Shown one piece after another: positions 9,432-20,213 of a DNA stretch of 64,000 nucleotides. A program made the position numbers and the translations under genes. The stretch is from a virus: positions 1 to 64,000 of the IMG/VR virus record IMGVR_UViG_3300021185_002167, one strand, 5' to 3'. Below the pieces are notes generated by a model. That model did no database searches. It saw only the letters and a program-made list of their open reading frames with translations, and was not told the origin of the DNA. Each line of letters opens with the position of its first letter. The stretch's first letter is position 1.

Positions 9432-11141
9432 ATGGCATTTCAAGTATCACCAGGCGTTCAGGTCAATGAGATCGACGCTACGAATGTAGTCCCAGCAGTA
9501 TCAACCAGCATTGGTGGATTTGCAGGAGCATTCAACTGGGGTCCTGTAGACCAAGTGATTACAGTAGGTTCAGAAAACGAACTTGCTTCAACATTTGGCG
9601 CTCCAGACGATTCCACAGCTAAATACTTCTTAGTAGCAGCATCTTTTCTTAAGTATGGCAATGCTCTAAAAGTAGTTCGAGTAGCTTCCGGTCATTTAAA
9701 CGCGACCGCGCAAGGTACAGGACAGCTGATAAAAAATGATGAAGATTATGTGAATAATTACGCTGACGGAAGTCTAGCCTTTGGTAATTGGGCAGCTAAA
9801 CATCCAGGAGTACTGGGTAATAGCATTAAGGTATCAATGGTTTCACAAGGTATATCAACGTATACTGACTGGACCTATGCTGACAACTTTGATGGCGCAC
9901 CGGGAACATCAACAGCAGCAACTGCAGTAGGAGTCACTAATGACGAACTACACGTAGCTGTTATAGATGAAGACGGCGCTATTTCAGGAACAGCTGGTAC
10001 TATATTAGAAACTTTTGGTTTCTTATCTCAAGCATCAGACGCAAAGAAAGACGACGGCACAACTAACTATTATAAAGATGTTATTAACAATCAGTCTAAT
10101 TATATTAGATGGATTGACCATGACACTAACTTATCTGAAGCAGGATTTACTTTAGCAGCAGCTAAAGCAGCTAATACTAATTCAGAAGGAGTAAGTACAT
10201 TTAATACTCATACTGCAGCTCTCGAAGCTTCACTTTCAGGTGGAACAGACGATAACGCTCCAACAACTGGAGAAATTGCATTAGGGTATGACTTATTAGA
10301 AGATGGCGAAACAGTAGATGTAAATCTATTATTTGCTTCTCCTGATGTCGATGGTTCAACAACAATTGCTAACGATTTAATATCAATAGTCAACAGTCGT
10401 AAAGATTGTATGGCTTTTGTATCGCCACCAATTGATGATTCAGTAAACACTTCAACACCACACACTGATGTTTTAGTTTTTGCAGACGCATTAACATCTA
10501 CTTCTTACGCTTCATGTGACTCAGGCGCAGTCTATGTATACGACAAATATAACGACGTATATAGATGGATTGGAGCTGCAGGTCATCACGCAGGATTATG
10601 TGCTAATACTGATTCAGTAGCAGATGCATGGTTCTCACCAGCAGGCGTAAATAGAGGTCAATTGTTAGGCATAACTAAATTAGCATACAATCCTACTAAA
10701 GCACAAAGAGACGCTTTATATAAAGGCAGAGTTAATCCATTAGTATCACTACCTGGACAAGGTACAATATTATTTGGTGACAAAACTTTATTAAGCAGAC
10801 CTTCAGCTTTTGATAGAATTAATGTTAGACGACTCTTCATCGCATTAGAGAAAGCGGTTAGCACAGCAGCTAAAGCGCAACTATTCGAGTTTAACGACGA
10901 ATTTACAAGAGCACAGTTCAGAAATTTAGTTGAACCGTTCTTAAGAGACGTCAAAGGTAGACGTGGACTTACAGACTTTTCAGTAGTTTGTGACGAAACT
11001 AACAACACTAGCGCAGTGATTGATGGTAATAAATTTGTAGCTGATATCTTTATCAAGCCTAACAGATCTATTAACTTCATAACATTGAGCTTTGTAGCAA
11101 CGAGATCCGGAGTTGAATTCTCCGAGATTTCAGGTTCATAG
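9432..11141 (+). CDS. gp18: Tail sheath protein gp18
   Basis: SPGVQVNEID, WFSPAG, GDKT...FDRINVRRLF, FEFNDEFTR. Confidence 0.96.
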   Translation: MAFQVSPGVQVNEIDATNVVPAVSTSIGGFAGAFNWGPVDQVITVGSENELASTFGAPDDSTAKYFLVAASFLKYGNALKVVRVASGHLNATAQGTGQLIKNDEDYVNNYADGSLAFGNWAAKHPGVLGNSIKVSMVSQGISTYTDWTYADNFDGAPGTSTAATAVGVTNDELHVAVIDEDGAISGTAGTILETFGFLSQASDAKKDDGTTNYYKDVINNQSNYIRWIDHDTNLSEAGFTLAAAKAANTNSEGVSTFNTHTAALEASLSGGTDDNAPTTGEIALGYDLLEDGETVDVNLLFASPDVDGSTTIANDLISIVNSRKDCMAFVSPPIDDSVNTSTPHTDVLVFADALTSTSYASCDSGAVYVYDKYNDVYRWIGAAGHHAGLCANTDSVADAWFSPAGVNRGQLLGITKLAYNPTKAQRDALYKGRVNPLVSLPGQGTILFGDKTLLSRPSAFDRINVRRLFIALEKAVSTAAKAQLFEFNDEFTRAQFRNLVEPFLRDVKGRRGLTDFSVVCDETNNTSAVIDGNKFVADIFIKPNRSINFITLSFVATRSGVEFSEISGS

Positions 11142-11153
11142 GAGGATTAGAAA

Positions 11154-11681
11154 ATGGCAATATTAGGCGTAGATGATTTTAAATCAAAACTAGTAGGCGG
11201 TGGAGCGAGATCCAACCTTTTTAAAGTAACTATGAACTATCCAAGTTATGCACAAGGTGATGTTGAACAAACATCCTTTATGTGTAAAACAGCTCAAATG
11301 CCTGCATCAATAATTGCACCTATCCCTGTATTATTCAGAGGTAGAACATTGCAAATTGCTGGTGACAGAACATTCGATCCTTGGACAATTACTGTAATCA
11401 ACGATGTTGATTTTAGTGTTCGTAACTCTATGGAAAGATGGATGAATGGTATTAATAATAATAACTCAAATACAGGATTATCTAATCCTACTGACTATCA
11501 AGCTGATGCAATTGTTGAACAATTGAATAAAGCTGGAGAAGTTACTAAGAGATACGACTTTAGAGGTCTATTCCCTACTAACATTTCTGAGATAGAAGTG
11601 AGTTATGATTCAGAAAATACTATTGAAGAGTTCACTGTTGAATTCCAAGTACAATACTGGGAATCTAACACTACTTCGTAG
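11154..11681 (+). CDS. gp19: Tail tube protein gp19
   Basis: GGARSNLF, AGDRTFDPWTITV, FPTNIS, IEEFTVEF. Confidence 0.95.
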   Translation: MAILGVDDFKSKLVGGGARSNLFKVTMNYPSYAQGDVEQTSFMCKTAQMPASIIAPIPVLFRGRTLQIAGDRTFDPWTITVINDVDFSVRNSMERWMNGINNNNSNTGLSNPTDYQADAIVEQLNKAGEVTKRYDFRGLFPTNISEIEVSYDSENTIEEFTVEFQVQYWESNTTS

Positions 11682-11684
11682 GTA

Positions 11685-11722
11685 TATAAATAATATTAGA
11701 CGAGGGGATATAATGTCCCCTC
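11685..11722 (+). promoter_or_regulatory. Late promoter followed by a 5'-leader hairpin
   Basis: TATAAATA 11685-11692; GAGGGGATA-TAA-TGTCCCCTC 11702-11722. Confidence 0.7.
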
Positions 11723-11742
11723 CGATAATGTGAGGAATAAAA

Positions 11743-13248
11743 ATGGCCGAATTATTTGGTTTCGAAATCAATAGAAAAACATCAAAGAGCAAGGAGCTTC
11801 TTCCTTCCTTTGTACCCAATACTGATGAGGACGGCGCAGGCGTTGTTCAAGCAGGCGGTCACTTTGGCGCTTACGTTGATATGGACGGCGACAAAGTTAA
11901 GAATGAAGTTGAATTAATTTATAAGTATAGAGATATATCAGCTCAGCCAGAGTGCGATGCTGCTATTGAAGATATTATAAATGAATCAATTGTTGGAGAT
12001 CATGATGAGGCTCCAGTTAATATAATATTAGATGAATTAGAAATTTCAGATAAATTAAAAGAAGCAGTTAAACATGAGTTTGATCAAGTATTAAAGCTTT
12101 TAAACTTTAATGCATATGCTCATGACATATACAGAAAATGGTATGTAGATGGTAGATTACCATATCATATTATAATAGACAATAAGAATCCTAAGAAAGG
12201 TATACAAGAGTTACGTTATATCGATCCTACCAAATTAAAGAAGGTGAAAGAGATCGAAGAAAAGACTGACCCTAAGACTGGAGCTAAGATTATAACAAAT
12301 CAAGAAGAGTTTTTTGTATTTGAAGACAAACAAATGATAGGTAATGAGCAAGGAATTAAAATATTCCCTGAAGCAATTGCTTATTGTACATCTGGTATAA
12401 TGGACCCAGGTAGGAAAAAAATATTATCTTATCTACATAAAGCATTAAAACCAGTTAACCAATTAAGAATGATGGAAGACTCATTGGTAATCTATAGGAT
12501 ATCAAGAGCTCCAGAACGTAGAATATTCTATATTGATGTTGGTAACTTACCTAAAGGTAAAGCTGAAGAATACCTAAGAGGTATTATGAATCAGTATAGA
12601 AACAAGTTAGTATATGATGCTAACACTGGTGATATTAAAGACGATAAAAAACATATGAGTATGTTAGAAGATTTCTTCTTACCACGAAGAGAAGGTGGAA
12701 GAGGAACTGAAATCACAACATTACCTGGTGGAGAAAACCTAGGTCAAATAGATGATATAGTATATTTTCAAAAGAAACTATATAAATCTTTAAATGTACC
12801 AGTTAATAGATTAGAACAAGAAGCTCAGTTTAGTCTTGGAAGAACATCCGAGATAACAAGAGACGAAGTCAAGTTTAAGAAGTTTATTGATAGGTTGAGA
12901 AAAAGATTCTCTGACTTATTCATGCAATTACTTAAAACACAACTCTTACTTAAAGGTGTTATTACCAAAGAAGATTGGAAAACATGGAAAGAAAGTATTG
13001 CTTTTAATTATATAGAAGACAACTACTTTTCAGAGTTAAAACAATCTGAAATGTTAAGAGAAAGATTCGATATGCTAGGTTCTCTCGATGAGTACGTAGG
13101 TAAATACATATCAAATGAATGGATACGTAAAAACGTATTAAGATTCTCAGACGATGAAATTGAAGAAATGCAAAAACAAATCGATCAAGAGAATAAAGAT
13201 GGTGAAAACGAAGTACCAGATGGCGATGACCCACGTTGGGATGGTTAA
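11743..13248 (+). CDS. gp20: Portal protein gp20
   Basis: YRISRAPERRIFYIDVGNLPK, LPRREGGRGTEITTLPGG, EITRDEVKF. Confidence 0.97.
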   Translation: MAELFGFEINRKTSKSKELLPSFVPNTDEDGAGVVQAGGHFGAYVDMDGDKVKNEVELIYKYRDISAQPECDAAIEDIINESIVGDHDEAPVNIILDELEISDKLKEAVKHEFDQVLKLLNFNAYAHDIYRKWYVDGRLPYHIIIDNKNPKKGIQELRYIDPTKLKKVKEIEEKTDPKTGAKIITNQEEFFVFEDKQMIGNEQGIKIFPEAIAYCTSGIMDPGRKKILSYLHKALKPVNQLRMMEDSLVIYRISRAPERRIFYIDVGNLPKGKAEEYLRGIMNQYRNKLVYDANTGDIKDDKKHMSMLEDFFLPRREGGRGTEITTLPGGENLGQIDDIVYFQKKLYKSLNVPVNRLEQEAQFSLGRTSEITRDEVKFKKFIDRLRKRFSDLFMQLLKTQLLLKGVITKEDWKTWKESIAFNYIEDNYFSELKQSEMLRERFDMLGSLDEYVGKYISNEWIRKNVLRFSDDEIEEMQKQIDQENKDGENEVPDGDDPRWDG

Positions 13249-13263
13249 TGGGACAAGAGTTTT

Positions 13264-13271
13264 TATAAATA
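13264..13271 (+). promoter_or_regulatory. Late promoter TATAAATA
   Basis: Exact consensus. Confidence 0.75.
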
Positions 13272-13291
13272 TATAAACAAGGTAGAAAAAA

Positions 13292-13465
13292 ATGAATACA
13301 AATGAATTGATTAAAAATTTAAATGATGGCGATAACGTTAATGCCAATAAACAGTTTAATACTATAATGGCAGATAAAATGACTGCCGCTATGGATGCTA
13401 AAAAGATAGAAATAGCATCTAGCTTGAATCAGGTAAATGCTGATTCTAACACAAACGAGGAATAA
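13292..13465 (+). CDS. Prohead core protein, gp67-like (not in the ORF track)
   Basis: 57 aa, MNTNELIKNL...FNTIMADKMTAAMDAKKIEIASSL; lies between portal and protease. Confidence 0.7.
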   Translation: MNTNELIKNLNDGDNVNANKQFNTIMADKMTAAMDAKKIEIASSLNQVNADSNTNEE

Positions 13466-13471
13466 TAATCC

Positions 13472-13696
13472 GTGCTATCATTTGTTGAATTAAGAGAAAA
13501 AGTTAAGCTTAAAGGCGGCGAAAAACAAGTCAAGTCTTATAAAGCTGGTAAACGAAAAGACAAAGAAGTTATCCTTACTAAAAAGGGTAACAATTTTGCT
13601 GTTTACGTAGATAGCGAACTTCTCGATAACGACTTCAAAACAGAAAAAGAAGCCGAAAAAGCAGCAAATGATATGTTAAAACTACTAGGTATCTAA
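13472..13696 (+). CDS. Small prohead core/internal protein (gp68 position)
   Basis: GTG start; MLSFVELRE targeting-like N-terminus; synteny. Confidence 0.55.
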   Translation: MLSFVELREKVKLKGGEKQVKSYKAGKRKDKEVILTKKGNNFAVYVDSELLDNDFKTEKEAEKAANDMLKLLGI

Positions 13697-14356
13697 ATGA
13701 AATTAATAACTGAATACGTAGAAAACAACTTAGATGTAATATGCGAAGCTAAGAAAGATGGCGAGAAAAGCTATTTTATCGAAGGTGTGTTTATGCAATC
13801 TAATAAAAAGAACAGAAATGGTCGTATATACGAAAAGAAAACTATGGAAAAAGCCGTAGAAAAATATATGGTCGAACAAGTTAGAACAGGGAGAGCTGTT
13901 GGAGAGTTAAATCATCCAGAAGGACCAACAGTTAACCTTGATAAAGTTTCACACAAAATCACAGATCTGCATTGGCAGGGAAATGATGTTGTAGGAAAGG
14001 CATCAATACTTAAAACCCCTATGGGAAAAATAGTCGAAGGACTACTCGAAGGTGGAGTTAAGCTTGGTGTATCAAGTCGTGGTATGGGAAGTCTTGTATC
14101 GAAGAATGGCGCTCAATATGTGGGAGATGACTTTATGTTATCAACTGTAGATATTGTTCAAGACCCTTCAGCTCCGTCGGCATTTGTCAACGGAATTATG
14201 GAAGGTGTTGAATGGGTATGGGATAATGGGCTAATTCGTCAACAAGATATTGAAGAAATTGAGACTGAAATAAGAAGCGCTCCTCGCAAAAATTTGCAAG
14301 AAGCTGAAATAAGAGCTTTTAAGAATTTCCTCTCTAAATTAAATCTAAAATCATAG
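13697..14356 (+). CDS. gp21: Prohead protease gp21
   Basis: NRNGRIY, GELNHP, GVSSRGMGS, DIVQDPSAPSA. Confidence 0.96.
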   Translation: MKLITEYVENNLDVICEAKKDGEKSYFIEGVFMQSNKKNRNGRIYEKKTMEKAVEKYMVEQVRTGRAVGELNHPEGPTVNLDKVSHKITDLHWQGNDVVGKASILKTPMGKIVEGLLEGGVKLGVSSRGMGSLVSKNGAQYVGDDFMLSTVDIVQDPSAPSAFVNGIMEGVEWVWDNGLIRQQDIEEIETEIRSAPRKNLQEAEIRAFKNFLSKLNLKS

Positions 14357-14368
14357 GAGACTATTATT

Positions 14369-15514
14369 ATGTCAGACGACGTTTTAAATAACGCTGAAGA
14401 AGTAGTAGAAACTGTTGAAGTTGAGCAAGAGCTTGTTGAAAATGAAAATATTTTAGACGAGGGAAAGCAAGAAGAAACTTATGGCAATGACAAGAAAAAG
14501 GTCAATGCTAGTAAGAAAAACGAAAGCGAAGAAGAAGAGGTTGACGAAGAAGACGATGAAGAGGAGATGAAAGAATCTGCTCCTAAAGTCGAAACCCCTA
14601 AAACTAAAGCTGGAGTAATTCAAGCAGCAGTAGATATGCTAAAAGCAGCAAAAAAAGAAGACGCGCAAAAGATGTTTGCAAAGTTAGTTACTATTGATGG
14701 TGAATCTGATTCATTAAAAACCGGCGATGACGCAGCTAACGCTGTGAAAGGCAAAATGGCAGAACCTAAAGCGAAAGCTAAGGTCGAGTCAATGGATTTT
14801 GACGAAGATATTGATGCAATCATCAAAGAGGAAGCTACACTTTCAGACGGATTCCGTGGAAAAGCCTCAGCAATTTTTGAAGCAGTACTTACAAGTAAGT
14901 TAAGCGAAGAAGTTGAGAGACTAGAAGCAGAATATGCGCAAAATTTAGAAGAAGAAGTATCGGAAGTTCAATCTTCATTAGTAGAAAAGGTAGATTCATA
15001 CCTTAACTACGTAGTTGAAGGATGGATGGAAGAGAATAAACTACAAGTTGAAACAGGTCTTAGGACTGAAATCGCTGAAGAGTTTATGACTTCTCTACAG
15101 TCAGTGTTCAAAGAACACTATATAGAAGTACCAGAAGGTAAAGTTGACTTAGTTGATGAACTCAGCGAACAAGTTACTGAACTCGAAGAAACTTTAAACA
15201 AAACCACAGAAGATAATATCAAACTACATAATTCAGTTCAATCTCACGAAAGAGCTTCAGTAGTAAGAGAACAATCTTCAGGGCTTGCAGAAACAGAAGC
15301 TGAGAAATTAGCATCTTTAGTAGAAGATATAGAATTCGATAGCAAAGATAACTTTGAAATGAAAGTTAAAGTTGTTAAAGAATCATACTTCGCAAAAGAA
15401 GTTACTGAATCAGTTGATGAAGTAGACAGCTTATTAGGAGAAGGAACAGTCGACGTAGACGTTTCAGATTCTATGAGTCAATACACACAAGCTATAACAC
15501 ATTATCAAAAATAA
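14369..15514 (+). CDS. gp22: Prohead scaffold gp22
   Basis: Acidic coiled coil; KASAIFEA, VDSYLNYVVEGWMEEN. Confidence 0.92.
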   Translation: MSDDVLNNAEEVVETVEVEQELVENENILDEGKQEETYGNDKKKVNASKKNESEEEEVDEEDDEEEMKESAPKVETPKTKAGVIQAAVDMLKAAKKEDAQKMFAKLVTIDGESDSLKTGDDAANAVKGKMAEPKAKAKVESMDFDEDIDAIIKEEATLSDGFRGKASAIFEAVLTSKLSEEVERLEAEYAQNLEEEVSEVQSSLVEKVDSYLNYVVEGWMEENKLQVETGLRTEIAEEFMTSLQSVFKEHYIEVPEGKVDLVDELSEQVTELEETLNKTTEDNIKLHNSVQSHERASVVREQSSGLAETEAEKLASLVEDIEFDSKDNFEMKVKVVKESYFAKEVTESVDEVDSLLGEGTVDVDVSDSMSQYTQAITHYQK

Positions 15515-15526
15515 GGGAAACTAAAA

Positions 15527-16852
15527 ATGTTTAACGCAGATAAAAACTTAATGGAAAAATGGGGTCCGGTTCTAAATCACGAATCAGCTCCTGAAATCCA
15601 AGACAATTACAAGAAAGCTGTTACAGCTAGATTGTTAGAAAACCAAGAGGTAAGTCTACAAGAAGAAAGAGCACAAGCACAAGGAAATTATATTTCTGAA
15701 GCTGCAGCACCAAATAACATTGGTGGTGGAAATATTGGAACTTTTGATCCAGTATTAATCTCTTTAGTTCGTAGAGCTATGCCAAACTTAATTGCTTATG
15801 ATATCGCTGGTGTTCAGCCAATGAGTGGACCTACTGGTCTTATCTTCGCAATGAAATCAAAATACTCAACTCAAGGTGGAACAGAGGCTTTATTCAATGA
15901 AGCTGATACTGAATTCACTGGTGTTACTGCACAACAAGCTGATCCAACCGGATTAAGTGGTGTTACAGATGCTGACACTGATGGTACTATTGCAGACGAA
16001 GCTGACACTGTGTCAACATTCGGTACTGGTTTAGCTACTTCAGCTGCAGAAAGACTTGGAGTTGGCGAAAGTGGTGATGGTTCATTCGGTGAGATGGCTT
16101 TCTCAATCGAAAAATCAACTGTTACAGCTAAGTCAAGAGCTCTAAAAGCTGAGTACACAATGGAATTAGCACAAGACCTTAAAGCAGTTCATGGATTGGA
16201 CGCTGAAGGCGAACTTGCTAACATCCTATCAGCAGAAATTCTTGCTGAAATTAACAGGGAAGTTGTTAGAACAATTCTAACTAAAGCTAAAATTGGCGCA
16301 CTTCAAACTTCAACTGCACTAAGTGGTGTATTTGATGTAAACACAGACTCCGACGGAAGATGGATGGTAGAAAGATTTAAAGGTCTTATCATGCAGATCG
16401 AAAGGGAATGTAACGTTATTGCTAAAGAAACAAGACGTGGAAAAGGTAATTTCATTATCTGTTCTTCAGACGTTGCTTCAGCTTTAGCAGCAGCTGGAAT
16501 GTTGGATTATACTCCTGCTCTAGCAGCTAACTTAAATGTTGATGACACAGGTAATACTTTTGCTGGTGTTCTTAACGGACGAGTTAAAGTTTATATCGAT
16601 CCATATGCTACTGTTGACTTTGTATGTGTAGGTTATAGAGGAACAAACCCGTATGACGCTGGTATGTTCTACTGTCCTTACGTACCATTAACAATGGTTA
16701 AAGCAGTTGGTGAGAATGACTTCCAACCAAGAATGGGATTCAAAACAAGGTACGGTATGGTTGCAAATCCATTCGTAGCTGCTGACGGAACTGGCTCAGA
16801 CAGATCTAATCAGTACTTCAGAATCTTCAGAGTTGACGACATTATGGTGTAA
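15527..16852 (+). CDS. gp23: Major capsid protein gp23
   Basis: LVRRAMPNLIAYDIAGVQPMSGPTG, KSRALKAEYT.ELAQDLKAVHG, FYCPYVPL, FQPRMGFKTRYG. Confidence 0.98.
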   Translation: MFNADKNLMEKWGPVLNHESAPEIQDNYKKAVTARLLENQEVSLQEERAQAQGNYISEAAAPNNIGGGNIGTFDPVLISLVRRAMPNLIAYDIAGVQPMSGPTGLIFAMKSKYSTQGGTEALFNEADTEFTGVTAQQADPTGLSGVTDADTDGTIADEADTVSTFGTGLATSAAERLGVGESGDGSFGEMAFSIEKSTVTAKSRALKAEYTMELAQDLKAVHGLDAEGELANILSAEILAEINREVVRTILTKAKIGALQTSTALSGVFDVNTDSDGRWMVERFKGLIMQIERECNVIAKETRRGKGNFIICSSDVASALAAAGMLDYTPALAANLNVDDTGNTFAGVLNGRVKVYIDPYATVDFVCVGYRGTNPYDAGMFYCPYVPLTMVKAVGENDFQPRMGFKTRYGMVANPFVAADGTGSDRSNQYFRIFRVDDIMV

Positions 16853-16879
16853 ACCGTAATTAGTTAAATCTAATTCTTT

Positions 16880-16907
16880 AAAGGGACTTTTCGGAGTCCC
16901 TTTTTTT
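16880..16907 (+). terminator. Rho-independent terminator with UUCG loop
   Basis: GGGACTT-TTCG-GAGTCCC followed by a T run. Confidence 0.9.
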
Positions 16908-16912
16908 ATGTG

Positions 16913-16920
16913 TATAAATA
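16913..16920 (+). promoter_or_regulatory. Late promoter TATAAATA
   Basis: Exact consensus just after the terminator. Confidence 0.75.
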
Positions 16921-16970
16921 ATAACGTAAGAATAAATCTTACGGACATACACACACACATGGAGGATATT

Positions 16971-17186
16971 ATGTCAAATACAAAATCAGGGTTCGAAATC
17001 AGAGCCGACTTACTACATCAAGCACAAGGCTTGCTAACAGATAATTATCAAAGAGAGGTAGATGCTATTTACGCTCATAACGATAGTTTTCCAAATGATA
17101 AGAAACCTTTACCACTAAGAGAAATTACTGGTGAAGAAGTTATCAGAACTGCAAGACAACTTAACGAGTTCGTAACTGAAAAGTAA
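16971..17186 (+). CDS. Hypothetical protein
   Basis: GGAGG at 16961 supports the ATG at 16971 rather than 16908. Confidence 0.7.
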   Translation: MSNTKSGFEIRADLLHQAQGLLTDNYQREVDAIYAHNDSFPNDKKPLPLREITGEEVIRTARQLNEFVTEK

Positions 17187-17193
17187 ACATAAC

Positions 17194-17210
17194 GGGGTCT
17201 AACTGACCCC
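17194..17210 (+). terminator. Hairpin, possible terminator
   Basis: GGGGTC-TAACT-GACCCC; weak U tract. Confidence 0.5.
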
Positions 17211-17231
17211 ACTAATTTTATAAATAGATAT

Positions 17232-17702
17232 ATGGCAACTTTAACTACAAACAAAAATTTCTTAAGTCCGGTAGGATTTCAGTTTAAAATTAATAGTACT
17301 CAATATGCAAATATGGAGTATTTCTGTGTTGCTGCAACTTTGCCAGGTATTAATATAACACCTGTTGAACAAGGTTATCGTGGAGTCAATTTAAGATTTA
17401 CAGGTGATAGACTTACATTTGATGACCTAGCGTTACGTATAAATGTAACAGAGAATTTAGAAAACTATATAGAGACATTCAATTGGATGCATAACTTAGC
17501 ACAAGCTGAAAAAAGCGAAGAGTTTAAAGTTGATGCTACACTGCTTGTTCTTTCATCGCATAACAATGTGGTAAAAGAAATAAAATTTAGTGGTGTATTT
17601 CCACAGAGTGTAAGTCCTATAGAGTTTGATTCTCAAGTAGAGAGCGTTGAATACGTTCAAATGGATGTAAGCTTTGCTTATACCAATTTCGAATTTGTAT
17701 AA
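17232..17702 (+). CDS. gp3: Tail completion/tube terminator gp3-like
   Basis: NFLSPVGF, LPGINI, GDRLTFDDL, FPQSVS; late promoter at 17219-17226. Confidence 0.85.
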   Translation: MATLTTNKNFLSPVGFQFKINSTQYANMEYFCVAATLPGINITPVEQGYRGVNLRFTGDRLTFDDLALRINVTENLENYIETFNWMHNLAQAEKSEEFKVDATLLVLSSHNNVVKEIKFSGVFPQSVSPIEFDSQVESVEYVQMDVSFAYTNFEFV

Positions 17703-17758
17703 GATATTTACAAATTCATTAAAATATAATATAATAGATACATAATAAATATAATAGT

Positions 17759-18205
17759 ATGAATAATTTGCAAACAATATTAGAGATGTGGAAAACCGAT
17801 TCGGTTATCGACGAAGTCAACTTAGATGAAACCTCAAGAGATTCAGCCAAACTACATGGCAAATACCTAGAACTACTTTCAATAAACAGAATGAAGCTTA
17901 AAAAAGCTGAGTTAGATTTTAAAGTAGTGCTTAAGGATAAATGGTTACATTACAACGGTAAGATGTCTAAAGAAGACATTGACGATAAAGGATGGGATTA
18001 CGATCCACTTAACGGTCTTACTGTACTTAAAGGCGATATGGATAGATACTATGACGCTGACCCATTGATTCAAGAATGGCAAGCAAAAATCCAATACCTT
18101 GAAGAACTCTGCTCAACTCTTAAAGAGATATTAGAGAACATAAAGTGGAGACATCAAAACATAAAGAACATGATTGAATGGAGAAAATTTACTAGCGGAA
18201 TCTAA
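17759..18205 (+). CDS. uvsY: Recombination mediator UvsY
   Basis: LHGKYL, RHQNIKNMIEWRKF; next to uvsW; promoter TTTACA(17707)-17-TATAAT(17730). Confidence 0.88.
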   Translation: MNNLQTILEMWKTDSVIDEVNLDETSRDSAKLHGKYLELLSINRMKLKKAELDFKVVLKDKWLHYNGKMSKEDIDDKGWDYDPLNGLTVLKGDMDRYYDADPLIQEWQAKIQYLEELCSTLKEILENIKWRHQNIKNMIEWRKFTSGI

Positions 18206-19701
18206 TGGATAAGATTACTATTCAAAAGAAGAACGAAGTCTTCTTACATATAAAAACAGACCCATCAATTGAGATGGAACTATCAGAGCATTTCCAATTC
18301 TTTGTACCTGGTTATAAATTTATGCCTGCGTATCGTAATAGAATGTGGGATGGTAAAATAAGACTTTTTGATAGTAGAAAGAAAACATTATACACAGGAT
18401 TACATAAATACTTGCAAGAGTTTTGTGACGTGAGGGATTATAAGCTAGAAGTGGTAGATTCACCTCAATACGGTGCACTCGAATCATCCCTAGAGCCTAA
18501 CATCGAAGGGCTATTATCCCAAATGTCCCTTTCTGTGAATGGAGGGGATATAATACCTAGACAATATCAGTTGGAGGGACTCTCGCACACGCTTTCAAAA
18601 GAGAAATCCTTATTACTATCACCTACTGCTTCTGGGAAGAGTTTAATCATATATTTAGCAATAAGATATTACCTTGATTGTTTTGATGGTAGCATTTTGC
18701 TGATAGTACCTACGACATCATTGGTAGAGCAAATGTACTCTGACTTCGGAGACTATTCAAGTAAGGATACTTGGTCTCATGAAGAATCATGCCATAAGAT
18801 ATATTCAGGTAGAGAAAAGTTTGGAGTAAAACAAAGAGTTATTATATCAACATGGCAGTCAATTTATAAATTACCTGGCAATTGGTTTTCCGGGTTTGGG
18901 ATGGTGATAGGAGATGAAGCACATAACTTTAAAGCAAAGTCACTTACAAGTATATTAGAAAAATGTACTGAAGCTAAATATCGTATTGGTACTACTGGAA
19001 CATTAGATGGTAGTCAAACTCATCAGCTCGTATTAGAAGGATTGTTTGGTCCTGTATATAAAGTTACGACTACAAAAGAGTTAATGGATAATAACGATTT
19101 AGCTCAATTAGAGATTAATATACTTATATTGAAATATAAAGAAGAGCTTTGTAAAGCAGTTGTGAAGAGTAAATATCAAGAAGAACTCGATTTTATCGTA
19201 AGGTATGAACCAAGAAATAACTTTATCTCTAACTTAGCATTAGACCAATCTGGTAATACTCTTATACTCTTTAATTATGTTGATAAGCATGGTAAACCAT
19301 TGCATTCATTATTACAAACAAAGATAGAAAAAGATAGAAAACTCTTTTATGTGTCAGGAGAAACCGATGTCGATACAAGAGAATCAATACGTGAGATTAC
19401 CGAGAAAGAAAAGAACGCAATTATCGTTGCAAGTATTGGCACTTTTTCTACTGGTATTAATATTCGTAATTTACACAACATCATATTTGCTAGCCCAAGT
19501 AAAAGCCAAATTAGAGTACTTCAGTCGATAGGCCGAGGTTTAAGGAAGAGTGAAGATGGCAGTGTAACAAAGATATATGATATTGCAGATGATTTACACT
19601 ATAAGTCTAAAAAGAATTATACATTACAACATGCTGCAGAAAGGATAAAGATATATTCGAAAGAACGTTTTAACTACAAGATGTTCGATATAGACATATA
19701 A
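18205..19701 (+). CDS. uvsW: SF2 helicase UvsW
   Basis: WDGKIRLF, SPTASGKS, DEAH, TTGT, QSIGRGLR. Confidence 0.95.
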   Translation: MDKITIQKKNEVFLHIKTDPSIEMELSEHFQFFVPGYKFMPAYRNRMWDGKIRLFDSRKKTLYTGLHKYLQEFCDVRDYKLEVVDSPQYGALESSLEPNIEGLLSQMSLSVNGGDIIPRQYQLEGLSHTLSKEKSLLLSPTASGKSLIIYLAIRYYLDCFDGSILLIVPTTSLVEQMYSDFGDYSSKDTWSHEESCHKIYSGREKFGVKQRVIISTWQSIYKLPGNWFSGFGMVIGDEAHNFKAKSLTSILEKCTEAKYRIGTTGTLDGSQTHQLVLEGLFGPVYKVTTTKELMDNNDLAQLEINILILKYKEELCKAVVKSKYQEELDFIVRYEPRNNFISNLALDQSGNTLILFNYVDKHGKPLHSLLQTKIEKDRKLFYVSGETDVDTRESIREITEKEKNAIIVASIGTFSTGINIRNLHNIIFASPSKSQIRVLQSIGRGLRKSEDGSVTKIYDIADDLHYKSKKNYTLQHAAERIKIYSKERFNYKMFDIDI

Positions 19702-19709
19702 ATAATAAT

Positions 19710-20102
19710 ATGGAAGGATTAAATATAAGACACTTTAAACTCATGAATGGTGAGGAAATAATAGGCTTACTTGCTGTAAAGAATGATGATAACTATATCA
19801 TTGAAAGACCAGTAAGACTTAATCCGGGAATGTTAGGTGGTATACAATTTAGCGCCTGGTTTCCTTTTTCAGAGAGTAAACAATTTAAAGTACTTAAAAG
19901 CGCAATCATACAGCACGTACCAATAGCAGAGTCTATAAAAGATACGTATGTTAATTTTGCTTTGAGTATGGATAAACCAATCAGTATACCTGATACAAGA
20001 TCTGATCAAGAACTCTTAGAAGAGTACGAAGATCGACTTGCTAACCAATATGCTGATGAAGGACTGCCCGAAGTAGATGACAAGAAGAGAACTATACATT
20101 AA
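19710..20102 (+). CDS. Sm-like fold hypothetical protein
   Basis: FKLMNGEEIIG pattern; late promoter at 19697-19704. Confidence 0.6.
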   Translation: MEGLNIRHFKLMNGEEIIGLLAVKNDDNYIIERPVRLNPGMLGGIQFSAWFPFSESKQFKVLKSAIIQHVPIAESIKDTYVNFALSMDKPISIPDTRSDQELLEEYEDRLANQYADEGLPEVDDKKRTIH

Positions 20103-20138
20103 TAGTTGCTATACCTCCATCCCTCCGGGTGATAATAT

Positions 20139-20167
20139 ATTATACCATAAAAACAAGCATTTGTAAA
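20139..20167 (-). promoter_or_regulatory. Leftward (antisense) sigma70-type promoter
   Basis: Minus strand reads (G)TTTACA-17 nt-TATAAT with TGG extension, the same architecture as the plus-strand early promoters. Confidence 0.75.
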
Positions 20168-20213
20168 CGGTTTTAGTGAAAATAATTAAATTAATTTTAT
20201 ATTCAATTAATCG